Shown: positions 16,976 to 31,873 of the stretch, piece by piece
Layout: each line of letters starts with the position of its first letter
Position numbering within the stretch: the stretch's first letter is position 1
Assembly: GCF_009914755.1 (NCBI RefSeq)
Contig: NC_060928.1
Direction: 5' to 3' (one strand)
DNA: 64,000 nt
DNA from: the human T2T-CHM13v2.0 reference genome, Homo sapiens
Made by a program: the position numbers and the translations under genes
Notes under the pieces: model-generated
The model's database searches: none
What the model saw: the letters and a program-made list of their open reading frames with translations, nothing else
What the model was told of the DNA's origin: nothing

Positions 16976-17749
16976 TACACAATAAATATGTAATGTATAT
17001 GTGAACTTAAAATAAATGCTAAGGAAGAAATGGAAAAAATGGAATCAGTAAATGAGAGAAATTGCACCTTCTTTATTTAATAGGTTTATGGTGAATGAAT
17101 GTATATACCAGATAAAATATGATTTTATAAAAATGCTTATACTATTAGTATCGATTGGAAAATTTTGAATGACTTATAAGGGAATCTTTGTATTTACCTT
17201 AAAGTGAAAAATTCAACAATTAAGATATTTTGATATTCAATAATCCTTAAGTCACCAGAGGAGCTTATTAAAAACTTTGTATTTGACATTTTCATTTAAT
17301 TTTAATCTGAAGGGAAGTGGTACAATTGAGCCATAAACTAAAAGTAAACTAACATACGTGAGCTAACTTTCATAGCTTTTTTTTTTCTGTAGATCTATTT
17401 AATCACTAATATTTATTTTGGTCATCCTTTTGATTATCTAATTATTGAATTTGACTTTTAAATGTGTAAACCTTTACTTAACAAATGAATACTCATTTGA
17501 TATTACCATTTTTAAAGTAACCTAAAATTTTAAAGATATGAATTTAAAGAATGATGTTTTTTAGGGATTATTGTAATGACAGAACCAGAAATAGCTTTTT
17601 AATTCTTTCCCAACATATACCGACCCACAAACCTTTCAGATATGTAGAATGATTTCAACCATAAATTAATCTGTGCATGTGCAGAATCATCAGATGGCAT
17701 ACAGGTGGCAAATTCTACTTCCAAAACTGATTTGTTTAAAAAAATAAAA

Positions 17750-18058
17750 GGCCAGGTGTGGTGGTTCACATCTGTAATCCTAGCACTTTGGGAGGCTGAG
17801 GCGGGCAGACTGCTTGGCCTCAGGAGTTCAAGACCAGCCTCAGGAACTTGGTGAAACTCCAACTCTACAAAAAAAAAAACACAAAAAAAATTAGCCAGGT
17901 GTGGTGGCTTGTGCATGTAGTCCCAGATCCTTGCAAGACTGAAATGGGAGGATCTCTTGAGCCCTGGAGGTAGAAGCTACAGTGAGCCATGGTCGCAACA
18001 CTGCATTCCAGCCTGAGCTACAGAGTGAGATCCTTTTTTAAAATAAAATAAAACAAAA
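17750..18058 (+). mobile_element. AluJ
   Basis: Diverged dimer with GGGAGGATCTCTTGAGCCC and (TAAAA)n tail. Confidence 0.9.
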
Positions 18059-18194
18059 ATCTACTTTTTCATAAGAAAAGTAAATAAAGTATCATAAGAA
18101 ATGACAGAAAGTTAAATTTGAGCTACTATCATTAACTGATGATCCTAAACTTGAGGCTTAGAAACACAGAGTAGAGGTGCTACAAAAGTTGGAC

Positions 18195-18312
18195 TTGGAC
18201 TGTGAGTTCCATGAAGGAATGGATGATGGCTTTGGTCACTGATATAAAGCCTAGAATATCTAGGTACCACTACACTAGAATGAACACTTGGTTAATGCGT
18301 GAGTGAGTAAAT
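18195..18312 (+). mobile_element. L2 3' fragment
   Basis: GACTGTGAGTTCCATGAAGG...TGAGTGAGTAAAT. Confidence 0.55.
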
Positions 18313-19815
18313 ACATGTCTAGGAAGATATTCAGCGATTCTGCTTTTATTTCCATTTGTAGAACATGTATTCACAAGGAAGAACTTTGTCTCCCAGGAAA
18401 GCATGGCCGCATCGTCTACAGTGGTGTCGGAAAGAATCACTCCTGCAGGCCACAGTTCATTATTTCTTAGGAAAACTGAGGTTAAAAAGGACAGGAGTAG
18501 TTCTCCAAGACCAAAGTCAATTCACCAGAATTAAAATTCTCAAAAATATATTGTTGGGAGTCAGATTTTTGATATTTTAGAAAGCAAGTTTTCTGACTGA
18601 GCCAAAGGGACTTAGGAGAAAGGCAAAAAGACTTTGTGAAAGGAACAGTTTTTGAGTGCCCCTTGATGTCCCAGACCTTCCAAAGAAAACAAACAACGAC
18701 CCTTGGATTATTGTTACCTCATCGGCTTGTGCATATTGGTATCCTCTCTGGCCAGGGAAGTCACCACCCAACATCTTAAAGTAGTACCGTGCTCCTGGTA
18801 TATTTGGTTCCTGTGTGTGAAATGCTTGTTTCTACTACACATGGGAGGTGACAAAACAAAATGTTAAAAAATAATTATTTGTCCTATATTGTTAATCATC
18901 AAAAATTTACATAATGAACTGTGTAAAATTAATTAAAATTATTGTAATGAAACTATAGTTGCTTTATTTACATTATAAAATAAATATTAACATTTATGAT
19001 ATATAGGTAGCAAACATGACTCAAAATAATTGTATTCATTATTAGTAGAATTTTGAAATAAGGTTTATTGTTACTCTTTGCTTTGTACAATTGCATAGTA
19101 TTTCAGATTTCTGAAAGTCACAAGGTCAGGCTAGTCATCTCCTCCTGCTGGGTTTTAAGCTGAAACTATAAAATAATCACAAACATTACACTGTATTACC
19201 TAAAGACCATCATAATGAAGATTTAAGTTATGTAGTACAGGTTAACAACACTACTGGAATTGAGAAAATGAGAGACCAAACTGGGCAGGAATTATCAATA
19301 AAGTTATATAGATTTTTTTATTATCAGTAATAACTGACAAAATTTCCATTTATGTAGTGCTTAACATTTTATGGTATCAATATACTTTGATTTATATTTA
19401 AAACCTTTTATTTAATGTCTATCAACCAAACATGAATTTTTTTATAAATAGAAATTATCTGTTTTAATATAAATGGTGGAGGTTAAGTGGCCTCAGTTAT
19501 TATTATTCATTTAAAACTCCTTTTCTCCCATTTGCCTGTTTAATCTCAGGAATACAAAATTTTGCGGTCAGCAAACTTGCCTCTATTTTTTTTTCAAATG
19601 AAGACTTTACACATGATTTCTCCATGAGTAATTCTAATGAAATCAATCATCATATTTCTTTAAGATAAAGATCTGATGGAATCTTAAACATATACAGACA
19701 TGGACTAGCAACGATGTAAATACTAAGAACGTATATGTACTTAGCAATCAATTACTTAATTCAGCACCATTAGTTGAGCACTTTTATGGCAGTAACCTAA
19801 GCATGATACCAGTAA

Positions 19816-20833
19816 TGAAGGTGTGGCCTGCCCCTCCACACCTGTGGGTATTTCTAGTCGGGTGGGACAAGAGACTGAGAAAAGAAATAAGACACAGAGA
19901 CAAAGAGTAGAGAAACAATAGTGGGCCCAGGGGACCGGTGCTCAGCATACCAAGGACCTGCACCAGCACCGGTCTCTGAGTTCCCTCAGTTTTTATTGAT
20001 TATTATTTTCATTATTTCAGCAAAAAGGAATGTAGTAGGAGAGCAGGGTGATAATAAGGAGAAGGTCAGCAAAAAACATGTGAGCAAAAGAATCTAAGTC
20101 ATAATTAAGTTCAAGGGAAGATACTATGCCTGGACGTGCACGTAGGCCAGATTTATGTTTCTTTCCACCCAAACATCTCAGTGGAATAAAGAATAACAAG
20201 GCAGCATTGCTGCCAACATGTCTCGCCTCCTACCATAGGGCGATTTTTCTCCTATCTCAGAGTTGAACAAATGTACAATCGCGTTTTATACCAAGACATT
20301 CAGTTCCCGGGGCAGGCAGGAGACAGTGGCCTTCCTCTATCTCAACAGCAAGAAGCTTTCCTCTTTTACTAATCCACCTCAGCGCAGACCCTTTACGGGT
20401 GATGGGCTGGGGGACGGTCAGGTCTTTCTCATCCCACGAGGCCATACTTCAGACTATCACATGGGGAGAAACCTTGGACAATACCCCGCTTTCAAGGGCA
20501 GAGGTCCCTGCGGCTTTCTGCAGTGCATTGTGCCCCTGGTTTATTGAGACTAGAGAATGGTGATGACCTTTACCAAGTATACTGCCTGTAAACATTTTTT
20601 GTTAACAAGGCACATCCTGCACAGGCCCTAGATCCCTTAAACCTTGATTTCATACAACACGTGTTTCTGTGAGCTCCAGGTTAGGTCAAAGTGGCTGGGG
20701 CAAAGCTACAAATTAACAACATCTCAGCAAAGCAATTCTTTAAAGTACAGGTCTTTTTCAAAATGGAGTCTCTTATGTCTTCCCTTTCTACATAGACACA
20801 GTAACAGTCTGATCTCTCCTTCTTTTCCCTACA
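19816..20833 (-). mobile_element. Solo LTR5A (HERV-K HML-2)
   Basis: Minus strand starts TGTAGGGAAAAGAAGGAGAGATCAGACTGTTACTGTGTCTATGTAGAAAGG and ends GGGGCAGGCCACACCTTCA; 1018 bp; flanks AGTAA/GGTAA. Confidence 0.9.
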
Positions 20834-20959
20834 GGTAAAATTGTCTAAAGCACTACACATTGGTGTTTTTAAGTCTGGGCTGGGCATTCCCATCATTCAT
20901 TTTAAGATTATGTACATACAAATAATACTAGAAGTTTTTTAAGTATATATTTCACTGTA

Positions 20960-21240
20960 AAATACACTTTTTAAATTAAATAGCCCTCATTTAATACAAA
21001 CATTTTTATTAAATACACTTTATTTAATAAAATAATACAATTTTATTTTATTAATAAGATAAATAAGTGTATTTAAGTGTAATAAAAATAGTTATTTTTA
21101 TTTTATTAAACAATTTTTATAATTTTATTTTTTATTAAAATAAAATAATTTTATTAAATACACTTATTTTTATTAAATAATATAATTTTATTGAAAATGT
21201 GTTATAGTTAAGGAAATCTACAATAATAATAATTATTATT
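20960..21240. repeat. Very AT-rich low-complexity tract with an internal 16-bp perfect inverted repeat
   Basis: AAATAAGTGTATTTAA (21061-21076) and TTAAATACACTTATTT (21154-21169); AAATACACTT recurs three times. Confidence 0.85.
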
Positions 21241-22117
21241 CCAGGAAATGTCACTATATTTTGATATTTCTCTTTCTAAATTTACAGTGGTTTGAGGCTT
21301 TTAGCTTTTTGTAAATTTTGTTTGGCAGTTCAGATAAAAAGCAATATGAACAAAACTTCAGGGGAAATTTAGAGCAGAAGCTGAAAATCTATTTCGAAGA
21401 AAAGTATCAACTAATACTGTACATGTATGTTCCAAAATTTAGGATCATTTGGAAGTAAAAAATAGGGAGGGGTCAAATTTTGATCCAGTAAAATGGAGAA
21501 ATGTATTCCACAAGTGAATTGACTGAATTCACAAACCACATTGCTTTTCCATTATTACTTTTAAAAATATCTAGTTATAAATTAGACTTTGGGATTTGTG
21601 TTTATTTCTCTTTATAGCTTTTTAACCAATGGTTTCAGTATCTGTTAGGTAAATGAATTTGGGTTCTTTTAGAACAAGCTGCAGTTTGACAAGAAATAAA
21701 TTGTCAATTTCATTATATTCAAATGTGTTGTCCTTCTACCCAATAATCCCTTTAAACAAGCATTAGGGAGTTGGCCTAACACCTGCCTTAACACCAGATA
21801 AAGTGAGGCTCTGAACACGTAGGAAAGAAAGTTTTATTCCACGCAGACAATTTTACTTAATACATAATGCATCACTAAATTTAATTTGAGACATTCTTCC
21901 ATGCAGAATATACTAAAAGTCTGATGTTTTGGAGACTTTTATAGATTTCAGAGATTTATTTTGTTTTGACATAAGAAACTCAATGCATAAATCCATGAAA
22001 GTGAAACATGTGCTGTAAATATAATGCTTCAAAATGCCTGTGATTGCAGAGTACAGGAATAATTATCTTAATCAGTCTGAGGTCTCATGTTCCGGGTGGC
22101 AACTCCTTTTCCTAGCT

Positions 22118-22298
22118 AGGGTTTTCAACTGAGGTTACCTGTTAAACACTGAGAGCATTTTAAAATACCTGATGCTTACTTCCAGGCTCCAACACAGAGT
22201 AATCATGAAAATCTATGGAAGTGAAATCACTGGAGGTACTGAGTTTTTGAAAGTACCTCACGTGATTCTAATGTGCAGTCAAGTGGCAAACCATTTGC
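22118..22298. mobile_element. MER5A-like hAT MITE
   Basis: TTTAAAATACCTGATGC...GTGATTCTAATGTGCAGTCAAG. Confidence 0.65.
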
Positions 22299-22348
22299 CT
22301 CAGCAAGGGCTTCAAATCATGGTATTTCCTATCACCTGCATTCATATA

Positions 22349-22944
<596 letters not shown>

Positions 22945-23499
22945 ATGTCTGTAATCATTTTTAAAGTATCTACCATCCTTCTTCCAATTCTAAAGACTCT
23001 AAGGAACAACAAGAGTAGGAATCTTTTTTCTTTCCTTTATAGTTTGCTGTTTAAAGGCTGTTTATCTTCCCTACTGCCAGTTTACTGCCAGTTTAAAAGT
23101 AAATGGATAGGATAAATGGTTCAGGCAGTGAATTGATTGATTGATTGATTGGTTTTGCACATTTGACTCTTATTTACATGTTGCCAAAACAATTGAATTA
23201 TTATGTTAAGTAATAAATATAATTTAAAGAAAGAATCCAATCCAATCAATCAACATGATACAGACAACTACATTCAAACTTAAGGGGAAATTTTGAGCAG
23301 TACAAGTGATCATCTGCCTCGTTTATCCATATGGTAATTTCATGCAGGTGACCAAGGAAAGAATAAATTTTCATGGGAAGACCCATTTCAACATTGCAAT
23401 AAAAAGTCATATGATTATGAAAAATTAAAAATGTGCTCATTTGTTTGCATAATAAACTTGTCAAAAATAAGTTAATTATAAGTTGCCATTGTGAGGCAG

Positions 23500-23690
23500 C
23501 TTGAGGTATGAGATCACAGAGGCTGGTGAAACACTACGTCATTGGAGCTTGGGAGAGAGGTCAGGATTAGAGAAATTTAGCCATTGTTTGCCTGGTGGGG
23601 AAGAATTGTGGTCTCTGAATTTCCTAATGAAGAGTGTATAAGGAAGAGCAGAAGGGTCGAGAACAGGAATTTAGTAAGGGAACAATGTTA
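23500..23690 (-). mobile_element. L2 internal fragment
   Basis: TGGAGCTTGGGAGAGAGGTCAGGATTAGAG...GAGAACAGGAATTTAG. Confidence 0.5.
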
Positions 23691-26597
23691 TCTTATTTTA
23701 AAAAACCGTAAAATCTATATAAAAGGGCAAAATACAAATAAAAAGTGACGCTTCACTTAATTGACAGAATTCACGTCAGAGGAGTAGATTTCCTCCAAAA
23801 TCACATATTTCTTTTTTCAGAGAGATAAAAGGGTGGCCTAAATTACTTAGATATTTAATTTATTCCTAGTTGAATTACAGTTGCATTCCTAAGGAAGCCT
23901 CAGTGATCTTTCACATGTCTAAGGGAATATGACTCCTAGTCTTTTTTAGTAAAGGGAACTATGTACTTGATATCCAAATTGTTAAAAACACTAGGTAATT
24001 CTGGATGCCCAGAGCTTCCATGAGGGCCAATAGTCACGCAGGACTGAATAAAGGCCACGATTAGCACTATGATTTCATGCACTCAGGTATAAGCAGGCTC
24101 AGACCACATCAGGGGACAAGTTTTAATTAGTGTAAATCTATGTCTCCCATATACTTGGGCTACAGCTTTTTCTTAAGTAGCTTCATTTCTGCATAACAAT
24201 TGCCCAATTCTTATGACTGTGCTTTTGCCTTGGTTTTCTGGTTTGAACTTTTTGCTGAGGCTGGAGAGTTGCCCTGAACTCCAGCCCAAAATAGTCCTTG
24301 CCAGTGCCCTAATCCTTATACCACAGCTTCTGATCTCCAAAGCCTCCAGCTGAGCAGACCTAGATAAATACAGTGATGGCTAAATAGTAAATTCAAGCTC
24401 CCCAAGTGAGTGAGTGAGGGGATGAATGAGTGAATGAGGGAGGGAGTGAAAACACAACATTAAAGAAAACGCATGGTAAAGTTGTCAGTGATTCTTGACC
24501 AAAAACTAAGACTTCTCTAGATCATGAGAGAACAAGTCAGCTTTCATCATTTTGATCCTGCGTGCAAAAACCAGAAATGAAATATTTGCGGCCATGCAAG
24601 ATGGCTTTGAAATCAGGAAGCCTTGGCTCACACTATTTCCCAAATTGGCACATTCATTGGAAATGATGTTCAAAGCAACTCACACTAGGAATGGGAAAAG
24701 CAGTGTCTGCTTCTCTGAAAGAATATACAACAGCATTTCCCTGTGGAGGGGAACATTCATGCTTGCCATTGTAAGCGTGTATATGTGCAGAAAGATGAAA
24801 GTATTGAAGATGCAAATTTTATTTGTTTCTGTGTTTATTTTTAGGTAATAGCTATCTGTAACAACAATGGCTGATGGGTCTAATAATAAGTCTGTTTATG
24901 TCATGTTTTAAAATAGACCAAGGAGTGTCTAATTTCACTCTGTGAAATACTTCTAAGTAGAGCCTCAAAGCAAATTAAACTAAATATTGTGCATTTTATG
25001 GTTCAGGATTGGTTTGCTAACAAGATAGCTACTGACAGAGCTGACATGGGCCAACCAAAAACGCTGAGGATGGTCTTTCGTTCAGAGCCTCTTCCATACA
25101 ACCTTTAACTTCTTTAACTGTCACTGTCTCAGATCTACAGAGAGTCCTACAGCACTGACCCAGAAAAAACAGGCTGTCTTCTGGGCAATAAGACAGTAAA
25201 ATTCTGGATTAATACCCTCTATAGCCACCCTAGAAAAAAAAATTAATGATGGGAATTTCAAGTTACTAGTATGGGGGCAAACTTCAGGGGAGAAAAAAGA
25301 AGGCAGTTGAGACCTTTTGTTATTGATCAAGTCATAAGACCACCTTAATGTTAGATGAGATTACTCAGTTTCCATTTGCTATATTTCATGGGAAGCATTT
25401 GCTATTTGGAGAACTGATGTTTACCATGGAACAAATGATTCTTTTTCTAATTTCTAGTATTTATCTTTCGCAATTTTGGCTTTTCTGCTTCCTCCACTTA
25501 TTTGTCCACAATACCTTCAAATTCTTTATGTATTTAGTGAGCAATGTTGAAAGAGGAATATAATACATTTATTTATTATAATCACTGACCTATAATTCTT
25601 AGAATAATTAAGTAGTATAGAAACCAGGATTATACAGAAATATTCCTTATATTTAAAACTCTGCGATAAAATTTTTTACTTGAACCACTTTTTGATAAAA
25701 TTTACTTCTATTAAGAGGATTATTTTGACAAATATGCCAGTTAATCTCTTGCACGATATTCATTGTTACTGAATGTGTTTGGCAAATAATTCGGCTATCT
25801 CTAACTAGCTATTTGACATTGCTATTTCTATTGGGTGGACCATAGGAGTTATAGTTGCTTGGATCTAACATTTCTACATGAATACATGCTAGAGAAAGGA
25901 GCAAATATAAACAGGATTAAGTTCAACAAATCACATGGAAGAAATATATAGACCACAAATACCCGGTGGACCAGTTTGCTTTTTTACAAGTATTTTAGGA
26001 CAAATTTAGAAATGGTCACACTTGACCACAGGATAAATGTGAATCAGCACAATGGGGCTTCAACTAATAAAAGGAAGTAAAATGCACTGACATTTAAGCA
26101 ATGAAAATAACCAACTTGGCACCCTTTTCGATTGACCCATTCTTCATCAGGACTAATAAACCGAAGTATTTGGGGAAAGGGAACTTAATATTATTAGTAT
26201 ATTTTAATGTCAGGACCAGTTTCTTCTCTCTAGAAACTTGTGAATGTTAACCTGGGTGTATAACCATAAGAAATATAGAAATAGGTAGATTTACATAAAA
26301 ATAATACTGTAATGTTAACATTTTTTCATAATCCTTAAATCTTCTTGATGCATATATTGTCTTCTTTGCAAACCTTGGTTTCAATCAGGGTTAAGTCAAG
26401 ACAAAACATTCCATTTGATGATTTTAAGGTAGAATGGTGCTGGGAACCAAACAGCTGGTATATTTGGCATACCCATATGTCTTGAAGAATTCTGGATTTA
26501 TCTTTATTATTGGACTACTTCATCCAACATTATTTTCCAAGAGAGTTCTGTATGGTAAACAACCATTTGAGACTCTATAGGCTTAAGAAATTCCTAT

Positions 26598-27110
26598 TGT
26601 TGGGAACAGGCCCCCCAAAATCTGGCCATAAACTGGCCCCAAAACTGGCCATAAACAGAATCTCTGCAGCACTGTGGCATGTTCAAGAGGGCCCTGACGC
26701 CCACACTGGAAGGTTGTGGGTTTACCAGAATGAGGGCAAGGAACACCTGGCCCACCCAGGGCGGAAAACCGCTTAAAGGAGTTCTTAAACCACAAACAAT
26801 AGCATGAGCGATCTGTGCCTTAATGGCATGTTCCTGCTGCAGATAACTAGCCAGACCCACCCCTTTGTTTTGGCCCATCCTTTCGTTTCCCATAAAGGAT
26901 AATTTTAGTTAATCAAATATCTATAGAAACAATGCTAATGACTGGCTTGCTGTTAATAAATACGTGGGTAAATCTCTGTTCCGGGCTCTCAGCTCTGAAG
27001 GCTGTGAGACCCCTGATTTCCCACTTCACACCTCTATATTTCTGTATGTGTGTCTGTCATTCCTCTAGTGCCGCTGGGTTAGGGTCTCCCCGACCGAGCT
27101 GGTCTCGGCA
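26598..27110 (+). mobile_element. Solo MER9a LTR (HERV-K HML-3) with 5-bp TSD CCTAT
   Basis: TGTTGGGAACAGGCCCCCCAAAATCTGGCCATAAACTGGCC...GAGCTGGTCTCGGCA; CCTAT at 26593-26597 and 27111-27115; AATAAA near 26955. Confidence 0.9.
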
Positions 27111-27154
27111 CCTATTTTGTCTTTCCTGTTAAATAACAATTGAGTGAGATTTGT

Positions 27155-28247
27155 ATTTTTTTATTATTATACTTTAAGTTCTTGGGTACATGTGCAGAGT
27201 GTGCAGGTTTGCTACATGGGTATACACGTGACATGGTGGTTTGCTGAACCGATCAACCCATCATCTACATTAGGTATTTCTCCTAATGCTATCCCTTCCC
27301 TAGCCTCCCACCCCCCAACAGGCCCCGGTGTGTGATATTCCCCTCCCTGTATCCATGTGTTCTCATTGTTCAACTCCCACTTATGAGTGAGAATATGTGG
27401 TATTTAGTTTTCTGTTCTTGTGTTAGTTTGCTGAGAATGATGGTTTCCAGCTTCATCTATGTCCCTGCAAAGGACATGAACTCATCCTTTCTTATGGCTG
27501 CATAGCATTCTGTAGTGCGTATGTGCCACATTTTCTTTATCCAGTCTATCATTGATGGGCATTTGGGTTGGTTCCAAGTCTTTGCTATTGTGAACAGTGC
27601 CACAATAAACATATGGTGAATGAGTCTTTATAGTAGAATGATTTATAATCCTTTGGGTATACACCCAGTAATGGAATTCCTGGGTCAAATGGTATTTCTA
27701 GTTCTAGATCCTCGAGGAATCACCACACCATCTTCCACAATGGTTGAACTAATTTACACTTCCACCAACAGTTTAAAAGTGTTCCTATTTCTCCACATCC
27801 TCTCCAGCATCTGCTGTTTCCCGACTTTCTAACGATCACCATTCTAACTGGCATGAGATGGTATCTCATCATGGTTTTGATTTGCATGTCTGTAATGACC
27901 AGTGATGATGAGCTTTTTTTCATATGTTTGTTGGCTGCATAAAAATCTTTTTTTGGGAAGTGTCTGTGTATATTTTCACCCACTTTTTGATGGCTTTGTT
28001 TATTTTTTTCTTGTAAATTTGTTTAAGTTCTTTGTAGATTCTGGATATTAGTCCTTTGTCAGATGGATAGATTGCAAAAATTTTCTCCCATTCTGTAGGT
28101 TTGCTGTTCACTCTGATGATAGTTTCTTTTGCTGTGCAGAAGTTCTTTAGTTTAATTAGATCCCATTTGCCAATTTTGGCTTTTGGTGCCATTGCTTTTG
28201 GTGTTTTAGTCATGAAGTCTTTGCCCTTGCCTATGTACTGAATGATA
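27155..28247 (-). mobile_element. 5'-truncated L1PA7/8-like element
   Basis: TTATACTTTAAGTTC... 3'UTR; minus ORFs 27720..27983 and 27920..28213 translate as the ORF2 C-terminus. Confidence 0.9.
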
Positions 28248-31200
28248 TTTATTGGGAAACGTATTTCTTCAAATCTGGTCTATTTTAATATTTTAATAAA
28301 GTTCTATGTAATATTCTCCAAAGTTGTATTTTATGGTTAATAAGTTTTAAGTCGTTGCCTTTAGTTGACTCTTCTTCTGTATGTCTTAATATTTTAAATT
28401 AAGCACAATCTCACAACAGAAGTTGAGGCATCTGATAAACTCTCAGCCCATAATATTAAAAGGAATTTTTTTTGTATTAAAATGTGTAAATATTTAAGGT
28501 TATCTTTTTTTGCTTTCATTCTGAGTATATCTTATTAATGATTCTTTGTATGAAGCAAAATTTATAAAATATGTTTTATTTATTTATAATGTTAATGTTT
28601 ATCCAAATATAGATGCTAAAAATTAGAATCCTATTCACTTACTTTCCTTCCCAGTGTGGAATATAAACCTAACCAATGCAAAACGGAAAACTATCAGAAG
28701 ATTCTTCCCACAATAGAAGATATTCCAAGTTACAATAATATTTCAAAATTAAAATTGTAAACTGCTTAATTTCTCATTAATGTATTCAACTCTTTTCTCA
28801 TATTTTGTAGTAACACATTTTAATGATTTTCTTTTCTGAAAATATTACTTTCAATAATTGCAAGGCAAAATCACTTCCAAAATTTGATTGATAAGTAGTA
28901 AAGAAAGATTTTACAGCCGTAACATAGGTTTTTTTTTAAATTCATAGCAGTTAATCACATACATTTTGTAATTTACTTACTATAGTTGTGAATATATAAA
29001 AATAGTTCTACAATTTAATAACTACCTTACATAGTTAGATTGGTAGACTATGCAATTTTTAATGGACAAAATTATGAGTTATGTGTACATCACCATTTCA
29101 AGGGCATTTCTATTCCAACGTTTTCTTAAGTCAGCAAGAATATTGTTTGTGCTATGAAGCTGCACTCCTAGGAAATCTGTAATTTTATTCTTGCTGCAAA
29201 TAAAATTCAATACTTAATGTTGAATCCGTAACTCAACTGAATATGCCATTCACATTTTCAAAGCTTTGATTTAGTAACTTGGATTGAAGCATTAATTACT
29301 GGTATTAACTAATTTTCTCCATTGGAAGCACCTGATAATAATATAAAACTGGTATATTTAAAAGTTTTGAAATTCTTTTTTTGTTTATGGAGTCAACTCA
29401 TTTTACAATATGACTATACTTATGACCACATTCAGTTTAGAACAGCCACTTTTTTTAAAAGAAAAAGTAGACATCATACTTTACAGAATGATATGAGAAT
29501 GCAGAAAATGAACCCTTGTCCATCATGATGTTGATATAAGTACTACATCTTAAAGTAAGTGTTGATATTTTTTCAACAATCTGCATCTTTGATTGGTGTC
29601 ACATCACTGACCACAGGAAAAAAACAAAGACAAAAACCTGCTGAAGGTGTTAAGCATCAACAAATACTTTTGCTCGTTACGTGTTCATTCTCAACTTCCT
29701 TGTGAAGTGCAAATTCAGTACATAAATTGTTCTTATACCTGCAGTTTTGCTTGTTGAGCTCATTTATGTGAAAATGCTTATTCTGCTAGACTTGATCTAG
29801 TGGACACAGTAGAATGAACATGTGATGGTGATACATGAAGAATCAGATACTTTCCAAACAAGACTCCCTAGATGAAATCCATTCTCTAGATGACTTTCAT
29901 ATATTTTCATTTTTGAAACATATGAGAGGGAAATGTTTCACCAGTCCAATATTCCCCCCCAAATGTTTTGTTTGGGGCCCTAACTTTAAAAAATTGTCTT
30001 TAAAAAATAAAGCAAGAAAGAAGAAAATGAAAATTTTCCAAGAAATATGACCAGGAACTACTGTAAAGTCTCAAATTGAAAGGAAGAGACTAAGTGTCCA
30101 CTCTTAGCACTCTGTAATTGCAAAGTTGTGTCAAAATGCCTTCGTTCAGAAAGCTAAATATTTGTTTTTTCTTATTAAGCTTGATGTTCCCCACTTTGCT
30201 TGCCTAATAAGTGTTGCATAATTCTATTCCTGTTAGTATAACCTGCTGCGTTGTCAATATGAAAGGTGAAATCATAGAAGCAGTAATCCCCTAATTTCCC
30301 ATGACTTCACTCAACCATTTTCAATTGTGCACCAAGGTGTTTGCTTTGTACTACAAAAACCACTCTACAGCATACCCCATATCATGAATTTCCCCCAATG
30401 ATTACATAAAAAACATAACAATACAGAAATTAGAAATTCTTAGAAATGTGGGTCCTATATATCCTGCATGTATTTCTTACAGTGCCAACTTTCTCCTTAT
30501 TATACTTAAATTGCCTTGCCAGTACATTTTTTTAAATTGTGTAATTGCTTTTTATGGTAAAAGTTGCATTTAGAAAGAAATCATTTAAAATAGCCTAATT
30601 CATGTAAAGAAGTTTTGAATTACTTTCCAGCAAGCAAAATACTAACTACTTGGTCAAGTTTAATAAATCTTTTAAAGACAGATTTCTGTTGACCAGAATT
30701 ATATAGAGAGACAGCTTTTATAAGCCATTTCTAGTTAATCAAAAAAATTTACAGTCTCTCATTAGTTGTGAAAACATATCCAGTACAGAAATTAAAGTTT
30801 GAAAAAATAAGCAATATTTTTAGGCTTCAGAAAATTTTTAAAAAATCTAGCTCAAAGTGTCAGAAACCTGGGAACACTTTTAGTTTAAAAACTATATTTT
30901 ATTTTAACCCAAACCATTTGGCTAAATGCCTCAGTTTTCAGTTCAAAATTAGTTATGGAGCTTGTAATGTACTGTAGAAAACATTTTTAAGGTGGTAATA
31001 TATTAATCTATAACACTATTCTTAAAGACCCATATAATTTGCTCAGGCAAGATCTTCAAGAATATAGAGAATTTGGGAGACTTGTTCACATTTATGCAAT
31101 AAATAATCATTTGACAGTGGTAGACATTTCAAGCAAAGTAGCACTCGATCTTTGACTATTTCCTCTGCTCTTATTTCATTTATTAATTTATTAATTTGTC

Positions 31201-31873
31201 ATTTAAAATGAACCAAATCACTGTTTGTAGAATGCTTTGCCTTAATAAGACTCAGAAAATTTTTGACATTACCAAGAAAATTAAAGGAGGATTGAAACTG
31301 AAGCATCACCAATGGTGACTAAGCTTTATCTGCAAAAATTCTTTCTGCAGTGAGGGAGACATCATAGCTAATAATATTGGGAAAATATCATAATTGACTC
31401 AGTGGACATTGGTGGTAATTAAAAATTTTACTAAACACATTTTTCCATAAAATATTCGATGTTCACATTAGTGTCAATAAGATAGACTTCTCCTTCAGTC
31501 CTCTGAGGCTTGTCTTCTCCTTTTACTTTTTTATAAGAAAATTTCCTTTTTTACATAGGTATTTTTGTACTATCTTCTACTTTTCAGTACCCTATCCATT
31601 GGGTAAATGAGACGGATTCGTGTACAGAATTTAAGTACCTCTAAATGCTTATATACAATGACATAGTCATTGTATAGAAGCAGAAAATTGGAGCAAGATC
31701 TGCCTATCAAAATGTGAGCCTTTGGGAACTCACAGACATCTCCAGAAGACCAGGACTAATATGCCATCAATACTGTCTGCTATGGCCCTGCTGGCAGTTT
31801 GTGAGGAGTGGCCATAATAATACCACACTCCATTCTGATTTTTCAGTACTTATGTCATACCACTTGTTAAGTA

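Noticed and set aside
18310-18800. Higher-complexity unique segment with short open frames on both strands
   Set aside because: No recognisable protein similarity or convincing splice-site pair; may be an unrecognised ancient repeat.
29739-29796. Possible 58-nt minus-strand exon (CACTAG|ATC...CTGCAG|GTATAA) with an ATG giving MSSTSKTA
   Set aside because: Splice-like motifs of this quality occur often by chance; there is no partner exon or recognisable protein. Spliced RNA reads would be needed.
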